Positions 40,084 through 54,389 of a stretch of 64,000 bases of DNA are shown piece after piece. The stretch comes from the human T2T-CHM13v2.0 reference genome, Homo sapiens: NCBI RefSeq assembly GCF_009914755.1, contig NC_060929.1. The stretch is one strand, 5' to 3'. Positions within the stretch are counted from its first letter, which is position 1. Each line of letters starts with the position of its first letter. The notes beneath the pieces were generated by a model. The model saw only the letters and a list, made by a program, of their open reading frames with translations. It made no database searches and was not told the origin of the DNA. A program made the position numbers and the translations under genes.

Positions 40084-41481
40084 CCAAAACACTATTGTGT
40101 CTATTTGTTCTAACATGTCCAGGGGCAGAGAAACTGATGATGCAAAGGTGCTCATCTCTGTTTCCCCCAACTTGACACTAACTGCCTGCAGAAAAGTAAG
40201 TGGTGGGCATTGTTCAAACACAAGTAAGTTGACTGAAAAACCTGTAGTTCTCAGATGCAAAAGATTACAGTTAAAGTATAAAATTACCTATCTGGGGAGA
40301 TAATTTTCTTTATGAAATTAAAGCATTCAAAAGTGCCCATATATACTGCACAATTTAGAAAACCACATGCATGCTTACGGGCAAGAGGCACATTCCGAAA
40401 AGGAATGAGAGCATCTCTGCCTGATCTCTAGAGTCAGTGCTAGGAGGAAGTGAACAGTCACTGAATGAAATAGAAAATCATTACAGGGGTTTCACAGCAG
40501 ATCTCAGCAGGCAGAACAGAGAATCAGTAAACTCAAAGACAGCACAACTGCAATTAATCAGTCTGAGAAATAAGAAAAGAAATGAAGAAAAATGAACAGA
40601 TATTAAGGAAAAACGACATTCTCACATATATAGAAGAGAAGTTTGTTACCAACAGACCTAAGAAATGCTAAAGGAATCCCTTACACTTGAAATAAAAGGA
40701 TATTAGGTAGAAGTGAAAATCATACAAAGGAATAAGAAAAGGTGAAGGTGACTACGTTGGTAAATATAAAAGCAACTATTATTGTTATTTTAATTTGTAA
40801 CTCCGCTTTTTATTTTCTACATGATTTAAAAAGCAAATGAACAAAAATAATTATAAATATATCCTGTCAAATAATGTATAAAGAAGTAATTTGTGACATA
40901 AGAAAAATAAAGGGGAGAAGCAATTCTATAGGAATAGAAATTTGTATATCATTGAAGGTAAGTTGGCTTTAGTGAAAACTAGATTGTTATACATTCAGTA
41001 TGTTAATTATAATTCCTGTTAGCCACTAAGAAAATATCTATCTATTTATTACATATCTAGCTATCTATCTAGCTATAGCTACTTACATACACTTCTACAA
41101 ATGTATACATATATAATATATTATCTTCTCATTTCCTTTTTTATGTATATACTATACACATAACTGTATATAATATATATTTTTGTGTGTATGTAAGTAC
41201 ATGTATAATGAAGAATGAATAAACATTATACATATATAATATGTATGGACAATTATATACACACAAAATGAAAGATGAAGGGACTCAAAAACAGTATACT
41301 ACAAAAACAACAATATCAACTAAACATGAAAGAAAGATGTAGTGGAAGCACTGAGGAATGAAAAGGCAGAAGGCACTGAAAATAAATAATAAAATGTCCG
41401 AAGTAAATCCTTCCTTATATGTTATTACTTTAAGTGTAAATAGATCAAACTCTCTAATAAAATTGCTGAGATTATCAAAAT

Positions 41482-41786
<305 letters not shown>

Positions 41787-42475
41787 TCATCCAATTGGTA
41801 TATTCTTTACAGAGACTTACTTTAGATCTCGTGAGACAAATAGGCTGAAAGTGAAGGAATGGAAAAATACGTTTCATAATCAAGGAGAGCTGGGGTGGCA
41901 AAATTAATAATGTACAACATAGAATTTAAGCCCAAATCCTTTACAAGAAACAAAGTAAATTAAAGGGCCAACTAATTAAAACACCATTATTCATATATAC
42001 ACCAAATAACAGAACCCCAAAACATATAAAGCAAACAAAATAATAGATGGAAACTTCAATAACCCCTAATAGAGATTCAACATTTAGACAGAAGGTCAAT
42101 AAGAAAAGAAAGAACTTGAACATTACAAACTACCTAGATCTAACAGACATAAAGAGAATACTCTACCCAACAATGGCAGAATACACATTCTTCCCAACTG
42201 TACACGGAACATAATCTAAGATATGCTATATGTTAGTCCACAAAACATGATTTATTAAATTTAAAAATATTGAAATTATACAAAGTATCTTCTCCAAGCA
42301 CAACTGACTAAAGCTAGAAATTAATATTTGTAAAGAGCAAAACTCACAAATGTGAGTAAATTAAACACAGCACTAAAACAATGGGTTAAAGAAAAAATGT
42401 CAAAGGGAATTAGAAAGCACTTCAAGCAAAATAGAAACAAACAAACAAACAAACAGAAAACATACCAAAACTTAT

Positions 42476-43412
42476 TGATAGCAACAGGAGACAGACAAAT
42501 TCCTAGGCAGACAGGGACAGATCCCCAGTGAAACCCGACCTTAAAGCCAAAGACAGCTTGAAGCCTGAAAACGGATCTGCCAGTTCCCAGTAGAGTCCAG
42601 GACCAGAGTGAAAACTTCCTCAATGCCATTTAGCCAATTGAATGGTGTTCTTTCAGGCCCGCCACTGGCCCTTTCAGCATGCACTTCCCCATTCTAGGCC
42701 TTAAAAACCCCAGACTCAGCCTCACAGATGGCTACTTGCTTCTGGGCCGCTTCTCACGCAGAGGACTACCCACTCTCAGGTCCCTTGTGTGCTGAAAGAT
42801 TTCCTTCTGTTACTCAATAAAATTCTTCTCCTTCCTAGTTACTCTCCAGTGTCCAACTACCTTATTCCTCTTGGTGGAGGAACAAGAACCCAGAACTTAC
42901 CAAATGGCAAGTGCCAAAAGAGCTGTAACACACCCCAGTTCACTGAGCTGTGGGCAGCAAGAATGAGGGACAGCTGTAACATTTCTCGGGGGCTCAGACC
43001 TCAGAACTTCCCAGGAGACAGCTGTACAGCCCTTTGGAGCTCCGCGGTTGCTGGCATCTCCGAGTTTTCCGGTGCCACCACATTCCCCTTGCCCAGATGC
43101 CGGCGCCCAAGCTGGTCACAGCATGCCTGGTCCAGCCACAGGCTGAGCGAGGGTCCTGCTGCAGGCGTGGGAGCCAGGCCAGGGCACAAACTGAGCACAG
43201 CCTACTGGACCAAGCAGTGGAGTGAGCCCAGCAGTCCCAAGTGAGGCCCAGACAGAGGTCATGGTGGCCGCAGAGATTTCCAGCTGGAGAAGCGGCACCG
43301 AAGAAATCCTGTAATACTGTAACCCTCACTCCTACTCACTGAACAAAGGGGGAGAAAAAAAGATGCTTGAGCGCCATTCCCTCCTGCATACCAAACTACA
43401 AAAGCCACAAAA
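42476..43412 (+). mobile_element. Solo ERV1 LTR (LTR28/LTR27/LTR1 group)
   Basis: tgatagcaacaggagacagacaaattcctaggcag start, aataaa near 42816, repeated agctgtaaca; TSD ttat at 42472-42475 and 43413-43416 with L1 ORF2 resuming. Confidence 0.82.
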
Positions 43413-44604
43413 TTATGAGATGCTTTGAAAGCAGTGTTCGGAAGGAATCATAAATGCCTGCATTAAAAAGAAGAAAGATCTCAAATGAATAACCTAACTG
43501 TACAATTTAAGGATCTAGTGGGCAAAAGGAACAAACTAAACCTAAAGGTAGCAGAAGGTAATAAAGTTTAGAGAAAGCTGACAAAATAGAGAACAGAAAA
43601 AAAAAATAGAATCAAGAAAAACAAAAGTTGTTTCCTTGAAAAGATCCACAAAATTTATAAGCCTTTAGCTAAACTGACAAAGAAAATAAAGAAAAAGAAT
43701 TAAAATCTGAAATAAAGGTGGATGTATTACTACTGACCTTCTAGGAATAAAAAAGACTATAAATGAACACTATGAAATAAAAGTATGCCATAAAATAGAT
43801 ATCCTAGATGAAATTAACAATTTGCTAGGAACACACAAACTATCAAAAGTGACTCAAGAAGAAATACAATATCTGAACAAATCTATAACATGTAAATAGA
43901 TTAAATCAATTAAAAAAATAGAAAGGAAAGTCCAGGATGGACCAGCAGGCTTAACTGGTGATTTCTAACAAATATCTAAAGAAAAATTGACCAAAATTTT
44001 AAAATAATTTCCAAAAAGAGGAGGGAACATTTTCTAACTAATTCTTTGAGGCTAGATATCTAAGCTAACTATAGCAAAAGAAAATAAAATTACAGATCCA
44101 TATCTCTTATAAACATAAATTCAAATGTCCTTAACAAAATACTAACAAATAAAATCAAAGAACATATTTAAAAGATTATACAATATAACCAAGTGGGTAA
44201 TCCCAGGAATGCAAGTGTGTTTCAACATAAGAGAATCGAACTGTGTAATATAGTGACTAAGAGGACATAAGGGGAAAAATACATGATCATATCAATTGAA
44301 GTGAAAAATTATTTGGCAGAACCTAACATCTTATCATGTAAAAAAGGCTCAGACAACAAAGAATAGAAGGAGGCTTTCTAAATATGAAGTCCTTTCATTA
44401 AAAACCCCCAGCTAACATCTTGTTCACTAGTGAATACTGAAAGCTTTCTTTTTAAGATCAGAAAAAGGACAAGGATGCCTACTAGTCAACATTTTACCGG
44501 AAGTTCTAGCCAGAGAAATTAGACAATAAAGAGAAATTTAAAAACATCCAAATTGGTTAGGAGGATATAAAACCATCTCTCTTTGCAGATGATATGATGC
44601 TGTC

Positions 44605-44710
44605 TGGGATGGTTAGTTTTAAACTGTGTCAACTCAGCTAGGCAATAGTACCCAATTATTTAATCAAACACTAGGTTTTGCTGTAAAGGTATATTTTTAA
44701 ATAATGATGT
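44605..44710 (+). mobile_element. MLT2D-like LTR 5' fragment
   Basis: gatggttagttttaaactgtgtcaactcagctaggcaatagtacccaattatttaatcaaacact. Confidence 0.7.
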
Positions 44711-44849
44711 AAAATTTTTATTGCATTTTAATGATCCTCCAAAAGATAATATAAACAAAGTATATGCAATCAAATGTGGTTAATATCTATAACCATTTGA
44801 TTTAGAGCCTATGCACCCATATAGTCTGAATAATAAGGATTTAGATGAC

Positions 44850-46018
44850 ATCCATGGAAACCTGAAAAGGTTTTGAGAATTTTGTACCAGCAGAAACACT
44901 GCCAACTTGGGCTGACAGGAACCGAAATGGGACAAAATGAAGTTACAATGACTCTGAGGATAGAGACATGGATGCAAAGGCCAGAGAGCAAAGCAAGGAT
45001 TCCAGAAGTCAGGGCTGAAGAATTCTGTGAGAGGCAAGGGCTGATAAAGCGTATGTGGGCAAGATACCAGGGCTGTCATCCAGGAGAACCGAAACAGCAG
45101 AGCCACCACCCTGGAAGACTGAGAGAGTAAGGCCACTGTCCTGGGGGGATAAGAGGACAGACACTGAGCTACAGGGCATTCCCTTCAAATTTTAGAGGCT
45201 AACAGATGTGGCCCTGCCGGGCTGTAAACTTGCTTTAGACCAGTAACACCTTTATTCCTTCCACTTTCTCCCCTTCAGAATGGAAATGTCTGTCCTGTGC
45301 CTGCCCCACTGTTGTACTTTAGAAGCACATAACTTGTTTTCTAGCTTCACAAGTCTGTCAATAGAGAGGAATTTTGTCCCAGGATGTACCATATTCAGAG
45401 TCTCAGCCACACTTGATGTAGATGATTTAAATGTTGAAATATGGGGGTTTTCCTAACTTGATATTTAGCTATTTGGGTTTTAGAGTTGGCCCTGGAGTGG
45501 CTTATACATTTTTGTCATGTTGGGATGGAGTGAATGCATTTTGTATATGGGCTGGATGTGAATTTTGGGGGTCCAAAGGACAGACTCTACTAAAGTGAAT
45601 AATGTCTTCCCCCCCAAGTTTGTGTTTACTCAGAACATTAGAGTGTGACCTTATTTGGAAATATAGTCTTTGTAGATGTAATTTGTTAATATGAGGCCAT
45701 CCTGAATTAGCATGGCCTTAATCCAATGGCCATTATCCTTATAAGAAGAAAGGAATATAGAAGGGAATACAGGCATTCAAAGTTGGAAGCAGGGATTGGA
45801 ATTATGCTACCAAAAACCAAGACATACCAATAATTTCTAGCAACTACCAGAGGCTAGCAAGAGGGATGGGGAGATCCTTTCCAATGTGTTGAGAAGGCAT
45901 GGCCTTGTGGAGACTGGTTTTAGGCTTCTAGTCTCAAGAACTCTGACACGATTATTTTGCTGCTTTAAGCCATTCAGTTTGTGGTGCTTTGTTATGACAG
46001 CCTTAGGAAAATAATATG
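44850..46018 (+). mobile_element. MLT1C-like internal 3' part plus 3' LTR (LTR about 45586-46018)
   Basis: MLT1-int end tgtgaattttgggggtccaaaggacagac, then gtgtgaccttatttggaaata ... ctttgttatgacagccttaggaaaataata. Confidence 0.8.
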
Positions 46019-48099
46019 CTACATATAGGAAATCCTAAACAATTCACAAAACTACTAGATGTAGTAAATTAATTCAGCAAAGTTACTGAGTATGTGATCA
46101 AGAAACCAAAATCAGTTGTGTTTGTATCATCAGCAATGAACTATGTGAAAAGGAAAATAAGAAAACAATATCATTGACAATAATCAAAAGAATTTTTATT
46201 CAAAAGAATAAAATAACTAGAGATAAATGTAACCAAAATGATGACAAACTTGTACAATATAAATTACAAAACATTGCTGAAAGAAATAAATAGAAATATA
46301 TTCTATGTTTATGAAATGGAAGATGTAATATTTTTAAGATATCAATAGTATCCAAAATGATTTACAAATTCCATGCAATTTCTATAAAAACTCCTATGAC
46401 TTTTTTGTAGAAATTGACATGTTAATCTTCAAAATCTTAGAGAATTACAAGGAGCCTTGAATAGCCAAACAATCTTGGAAAAAAGAATGAAGTTAGAGTA
46501 CTCCCACTTTTCAATTTCCAAACTTACTACGAAGCTCAGTGATTAAAACAATATGGTAATGGAATGAGGATAGGCATACAGACCAATGGAATAGAACTGA
46601 GGGTCCTGAAATAAACCTACATGTATATATGGCCATTTGATTTTCAAATACAGTGCCAAACTAGTCAATGGGAAATAGTAGTCTTTTCAACAAATGATGC
46701 TGGGACAAATGTATATCACATACAAAAGAATGAAGTTGACTCCCGCCTTAGAGCACATGCAAAAATTTACTCAAAATAGTTTTGTGACCTAAATGTAAAG
46801 TTCAAATCATACAGCTCTTAGAAGTCAGCATATGGGTAAATCTTCATGACCTTAGATTAGGTACTAGGGCCTTAAATATAATACCAAAAGAAAAAGCAAT
46901 GACCATGAAACTACATAAATTGGACTTGATCGAAATTAAAACACTTGCATATCAAAGGATATTGTCATGAAAATAAGAAGGAAATCTTCAGAACGGGCAA
47001 AGATATTTGCAAATTATATATCTGATAAATATTTATTATTCAGAATATAAGGAATTTTTATACCTCAGTAAAAAAAAGACTGATGACCCAGTTAAAAAAT
47101 TGCCAAAGGACTGATTAGACATTTCTCCAAAGAAGACAGACAAGTGGCCAAGAAGCACATGGAAAGATGCTGGACATTATTAGCCATTAGGAAAACACAA
47201 TTCAAAACCACAGTAAGGTGCCACATCATACCCACTAGGATGGCTGTAACAAAAACACACATCATCGGAGAGAATGCAAAATGGTACAGTCACAGCCATT
47301 GGGAAAAACAATTTGGTGGTTCTTCAAAAAGATAAACAAAGAATTACCATGTGACTCCAGAATTCTCCCAATTCCACATATCTCACAAAATTTGAGAAAA
47401 GATACTCAAGTACATGTGCATAGCAGCACTATTCACAACAGCCAAAAGATGAAACAGACCAAATATCTACCAGCACATGAATAAACAGAGGTGAATATTC
47501 TTGCAATGAATTATTCAACTATAAAAATGATTAAGATACTTATACATGCTACAATGTGAATGAATCCCCAAAACATTACGTTAAGAGGAAAAAAAACAGA
47601 CACAAAAGGCTACATATTATATAATTTTATCTATATAAAATATCCAAAATATACATGCATAGCGACAGAACACAGATTGGAAGTTGCTATAAACTGGGGA
47701 AAGTAGGAAGTGAGACGTGGGTGAAATTGCTTAATGGGTAGGGGGCTTTACTTTGGAGTGATGTATGTGCTTTGAAACTAGACAGGGGCAGTCATCTAAA
47801 TGTCACTGAATTGTTCCATTTACAATTGTTATTTTATATAATGAATTTTACTTCAACTTTACTAAATAATATTTCCTGTAAATATTTCAGCATACTATCA
47901 TCAAAAGAATATACTAACCTGATAATATAGTTTGCTCTATCTAGCTTCATCCTCTTTGTTTTTGTTTCACTCATTTATTTCATTAATTATAATCAACACA
48001 ATTTCTAAGTATTGAGTTTACTTGTCTCACTAAAGTAATAACTGATGTGATAGACTACAGCACCAGGAAGCTTGAGCTAATACCGTATTGCCCAAGTTA

Positions 48100-48291
48100 T
48101 AAGCTTTTTCAACGCACCTTATTTTGTTGTTACTGTTATTTTTGTTCTGTTTTGTTTTATTTTAGGCTTTCAGCAGACTGAAGCCGTAGTTTTTAGTTTC
48201 TGTTTCTAGTGATAAGCAGAAAGGAGAGATGAGGAAGGGGCTTTACCAGAAACAAAAACTAAGAAACTATTCTCTCACTTGGACACCCCTC
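48100..48291. mobile_element. hAT-Charlie MITE (MER30/MER107-like)
   Basis: Termini aagctttttcaac and ttggacacccct resemble MER30-group ends. Confidence 0.6.
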
Positions 48292-48521
48292 TGGCTTGGC
48301 CCAAAGCCCCGAGTAAACAAGCTCTTACCATGAAGGATGCTCCAAAGACTTACAGGTCAACTGCCAGGGTTGAAAGCAAAGCTCAAATATATTTTGGGCA
48401 AGTTAATCTTTTTCGTAACTTTTCCTGCACAGCCTTAGTGTCTTATGCAGAAGAAACATTCGGTAATGCCATTCATTGCTCTACACTTTTCTAGCATCTG
48501 ATTGTTTAGAAAATTATTGCA

Positions 48522-48697
48522 AGCTCGGTGCAGTGGCTCTCAACTGTAATCCCAGCAGTTTTGCAGGCTGAAGCAAGAGGACTGTTTAAGCCCAGGAAAT
48601 CGAGGTTGCAATGAGCTATGACCCTGCCACTGCATTCCAGCCTGAGTGACGGAGAGAGACCCTGTCTCCAAAAAAAAAAAAAAAAACAAAAAAAAAA
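48522..48697 (+). mobile_element. FRAM/FAM-type Alu monomer
   Basis: Single right-arm-type Alu with A tail. Confidence 0.8.
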
Positions 48698-50062
48698 GCT
48701 TTGTAAATTAAGCTGTAGAATACTAGAATACTTCATGCAATTTATAAAAAGAAGATTAACATTCAAGACATTAATTGTAACACAAATTATTTTTATATAA
48801 ATGTATATAATTCAAATTATAAAGCAAATTAAAAGTTTATATAATATATATAATATATGTGTGTATTATATAAACTTTTAATGATCAACCTAGAACATAA
48901 TCTAAATTGTTGAGAGCTAGGTAGAAATTTGAATATCATGGGAAAGTTTTTTATCTCTCTCGACATTTTTCTTACCAATAAATGAGAGCTGGAAAAAAAT
49001 CTAGTTTCATGCTTGTCTGCCTTCCACAGTGCAGTGCTCCTTATAACAGTAGCATTTTGTAGATAGTGGTTCAGCTTAGATTTCACTGGAGAAGAAATGT
49101 TAAGGACCGTGTCTAACTTGTGTATATTGGTGCATTGGAAAATGAAGAAATGCAGTTACAAATTCACAGTACATTGCTCAATTGTTCAAGGACTGTGGAA
49201 TTGGAAAAACAAAATTGACTTCTAGAAAATTTTACAAAAATAAGGATGATTAAAAGCAAACTTGGATATCTCTTTTCAAAATTCAAAAGCTGTGCTATTT
49301 GTTACAGATTTCAGGTGTAATGCTTGCTATTGCTCGTTTAATGTAGGTAAAAATAGTGTTGCCTTTTAGTCTCATGGAAAAATATATTTAAAAAAGAAAA
49401 TAATGAGAACTATCCCATGCAAACAAAGTGCTGGTCTTTAAATTTTCTTTCCAAATAGAAAAAATATTAAAATATGTTTTATTTGTCAAAGTCTCTTATA
49501 ATAAAATGTAAATAGCCTTGTAACTGCCAGTTTTCATTTATATAAGTCTGCTCACAGGTGAGTATATCAGAATGTCTTTATTATTCCAGAATGGAGATGC
49601 TGTTGGTATTGATGCAACCTATTTGATGTGTCATAGAGGAGGAAAAAAAACAATAAACTTTGCATGAGTGTTCCGTATCAGCAGTTAAGAGATAAGTCAT
49701 TTCCTCTAAGGACAATTTTTGTCCTTAAATAAGCAAAAGCATCACATTTTTAAAAATCCATACTGCAGACAAACAAAATATTAAGCACATAACAGTTTGT
49801 GTTACTATTTGTCCTAATTTAATAATTATTAAATAAATAAGTACATGTTTCCTCTCAAGCTACAGAAATTTCGTCAAATGGCTACAAAGGCTAATTTAAA
49901 CAGAAGTTTTATTTTTTTCTTCGAAATAGTATCTATTTTAAATATAAAATTTTATTTTTATTTATTAATTTAAGGGAAATGTGTAAATTTAGCCACTACT
50001 TACCAATGAGTTAAATGTACTTAAAAAATTTTAAAAAGTAATTCTCAATTTTTAAATTTCAT

Positions 50063-50600
50063 TTATTTATTTTTACTTTTTGTATGTAGAAAAGCAATTT
50101 ATTCCATTTTGAGCACTTAGACAGTTAGTCATGGAGAGTACCAGGCTTGCTGGTGAAACAGGTCACACCCAAAATGGAGATGGCATCGAACTAGTAGCCA
50201 AGGACTAGCTCCTAACAAAAAACAGTTTTTATCAAGGATTAATTTAAAAACAAATACCAGTTATTGATCTACTCTTCTTAACCTGACAGTCTACCTGTGG
50301 TATAACTGTCAGGTAAGATCATACATCCCTACAAGCTCGTGTTCCTAAGTTGTTTTTAAAATAAACAAACAAACATCATTTCATAGAAAGGAAAAAATAT
50401 AAAAACAGTTCAAGAAATACACTAACAAGCAAAAATGTATGGGGAAAGAGAAACGTGTAGTTTTGAATTAACTGAAGAAAACAAGAGGAAACTGGTCTGC
50501 ATACGAAAATGTACGTCCTGGAAAGTCAGGTGTGAACATTTCAGAGCAGGAATCTATTTGACTTGGATCTCCCTATTTCCTTATTAGAAATGATAGCTTG
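50063..50600 (-). pseudogene. Probable processed retrocopy of an mRNA 3'UTR (parent gene not identified)
   Basis: Minus-strand AATAAA at 50098-50103, about 17 nt before a decayed poly(A); U-rich UTR-like body unlike known repeats; weak TSD candidate. Confidence 0.55.
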
Positions 50601-51184
50601 CAGTATTTATATTTCATGGCTCAGAGACCTATCTCCTTTGTCTCTATTCCTTACTCACTCGAGCCTTTACTTAAATCACTCTGAAAAACGTGGAGACACA
50701 GCATAAGAAGAAAAATAATCACACATAATATTTTCCTTTCTGTAACTGAAGTAGTTTCTTCGGTTTCCCTTGTCCTTAACAGTGATTCTTATCCTTTAGA
50801 CCTAAAAAAAGTTTCTGAGTTCCTTTTATTTTCTTCTTGTGATCATGAGAAACAGAATATATTTTAAAATAGTCCCAAGGATCATCTGTACCTTTTAAAG
50901 CTAAGTTTCCCTTTCTGTAACTTTATAGAAAGGGAAATTTTATGGGTTTGTTACCAGAAAATCACTGAAGAAAATTAAAATGTAAGTCTGTGGCTTTGGT
51001 GCATCAAGTGTCTCCCAGTTAATATTTAGAACATACTCATTATTTGGGCTAATAGCATTTTTGGTGGTACCTGTTATACAGGGGTAGTGTGTTTTTAAAC
51101 CACTGTTAAATCGATCTCAGGGTTGAGTGACAAATAAAGAGAAGTCTACAATCACTAGACGTACAGACATATCTAGGGCCCTTA

Positions 51185-51381
<197 letters not shown>

Positions 51382-52094
51382 TTATGAGGATTATTCCTCT
51401 CCAATTATACTTAAGTCTCAGACATTCAGTCTGTAATCAGTACCACCGGAAGCCAGAAACATCTTATTCTGAGGCAACCACTGAATCTGGAATAGCTTAT
51501 CCTTATGTTGATTCAAAGGAATGCAACTTAAATTTCTCAATTTACATGCCATTTCATTGTAAGGAAAATGAAGAAAAAAATATGATTTAAAAATATTTAG
51601 ACACTTCAGTGTTTGCCATGATACACACTTTAGAATTCAGCAGGGGTTCAAATTTTAATAGCAACATTGAAATAATTTTCAAACTCTGAGCACAGCCTCA
51701 GATATATCGATATACATATTTAGCACATGATTAAAAGGAAGATGAAGAGTTGAATCTTAGGGATCAATCAACTATTGCCAAGTTAAGAAATGATTTTCTT
51801 TTTTTTTTTTTTGAAGTAAAAGTGATTGTCTTAAGAAAGTCTATATAGTATCTCTCAGTTCAGAGATTTACTGACTTTGTAGAAAATGAAGAGGGAAAAT
51901 ACAGGGCGTAGAAAGATTATAAACAGTAATGATATAGTTAATGATGAACTAATATGTATTAAAAGCTTTTGGTTTTGCATGGCATTTAAACATACACCAC
52001 CCTCCTGTTTCTCCACAGCAAACTTCTTAAGTTTGTATCTCATCAAAACACATTTGATGAGAAAATGTTTTAAATATTCACATCTTACTGATTT

Positions 52095-52190
52095 ATACTG
52101 AAGATCAGAGATTAAATGACTATGCTATGGTCATAAGCAGTGTACCAGGATTTAAACTTAAGTACTCATCTCAAAACTTACCTTTTTTAT
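52095..52190 (-). mobile_element. MIR fragment
   Basis: actgaagatcagagattaaatgact...ggtcata...ccaggatttaaac. Confidence 0.5.
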
Positions 52191-53815
52191 TAAACAAAAC
52201 TGCCTTTATCATGCTTTAGGGTCACCAAATCAATACCATTCCTCAAAAGAGAAAATTGAGACTAGCCTGTAGGTCTCCAACATTCATGCTGACAAATATT
52301 TATTCCAACATTATCCACTTTATTCCAACATATTATTTATCTTGAAAAATAAGCTGAAAATGAGTATAAAATGAGAATTTAACCTACAAATGGTATATTC
52401 TGTGCATTAGAACTTCTGATACAGAGGACATTTTTAAAATAAGTTATATAGAAATGAAAATACTGAAACAGTTTTACTTATCCTTTAAACTGAAAAAAAA
52501 GTTTCTCAATTTCTTTTCATTTCTTCTTGTGATCATGACAAACAGAATATATTTTTAAATAGTAGTAAGGGTCATCTGTACCTTTTTAAGCTAAGTGATG
52601 TTATTTTTATCTTTCTATGTGACAAAGCAAAATTAATCATTCCTAATTTTTGCAAGAAGCTGCCATGTGCCAGAAAATGTTCTTATTATAATTATCCATA
52701 ACACTTGAAGAGACATTCAGGATGTTATTCATCAGCCAATTCAATGTTCTTGGATTTTAACATTCCATTTTAATTTAATATGAATGATGGTTTCTCAGCT
52801 TGGTCAGCAAAAGACATTTTGTATAATCATTTAGCAATGTAGGAGAAGATATGACACTAGGTTATTCCTTCATTTTTACTGACTGTATAAGCACTTTAGA
52901 TATTTAACTAACAATTTCTTCACCTGATATAGAACAACTATAAAGTTAACACATTGGGAATATTTAGCAATCTGTTTAATTATTACTTGGAACAAAATTA
53001 AAAATCTAATATAGATATAGAAATATCTGTCTGATATTTCTTTAAAAACATACTCTCATTATTTTTGAGTAATTTAATTTCTCATACAGTTCTGACTTGC
53101 AAATTTCTACTTAATTTATTTGTAAAGTAATATACAACAATTTGGCATGTTAGTTGTGATGACTGACAGTCAAATGATCAAACTGATTCTAGGTGAATTT
53201 CCTAATATGCCTAGTTATGGTTCTGGGACTTGACTACTGGTCTAAGATCATCATATTTGTAGCATGCTGGTCAGTGGAATTGAGAAGCTGAAAAACCATT
53301 CAGATATTTATTTATTGTATGAAACTATGTCTAAATAGTTTATCTAATCCTTGTTTATTTTTTAATTCAAAGGATTAAATTTACATATAAGATTTTCCCC
53401 ACTTAGATAATATAATGTGAGTTCATTGCAATAACAACTGTTACCATGCTGAAGATAATAAACTAAGACCTCAAAGGGACTAGGATTTTGTCTCTCTATG
53501 AAGTGATAAAGGGATCGTAGTACACCAGCTTTATTCTAAGCTTCTATTATTGTCAAAAGTGTTTGATATTTTTAATTTCTTGAGGGAATTAGAAAAATAC
53601 ACCTAAATCCTCCAATTTTAAATTTGAAGACACTTGGATTTAACACTTACTGAACTACTAATTTACAAAGAAATGCAATGTTCTATAAGACACTGTAGTG
53701 GATACATAACAATGTACCTGTTGCACCTGTCCTGCCATAATAACTCTAGTGGACAAGATCAGATGGAAACAGTTCCTGAAATTCAAACACTAAGGGGTTA
53801 GTTCCACAGAAGTGG

Positions 53816-54157
53816 TGTGGTAGATTGTCAAATGGACAGAATTACTTCTCATCTTCTATCCAGGTCCATTCACAATGTGATGTTTTTTAGCTTCTCTTAT
53901 TAACAGGTTAAATTTATTTCTCCACCCCTCAAATGTGCATTGGCCTAGTGATAGCTTTGGCCAATAGAAGGTGGCAGAAGTGAAGTTGTGTTATGCTTTC
54001 ACTTTCTTTTTAAAACCTGGCAATGCAATCATGTGAACAAGACTAGGCCAGTTTTCTAAAAATGAGCTACCACATAGAACAAAATCAAAGCAGCCAATAC
54101 CAAGCAGACTCTCAGAAACAGACCCAATTAGTTGACCATCAGCTTACAGTAAATGCA
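53816..54157 (+). mobile_element. MLT1H-like MaLR LTR, 3' truncated
   Basis: tgtggtagattg start, gctttggccaatagaaggtggcagaagtga, catgtgaacaag. Confidence 0.7.
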
Positions 54158-54383
<226 letters not shown>

Positions 54384-54389
54384 TAAGAA

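Noticed and set aside
42789-43329. GC-rich cluster of ORFs or CpG island
   Set aside because: Explained by the ERV1 solo LTR
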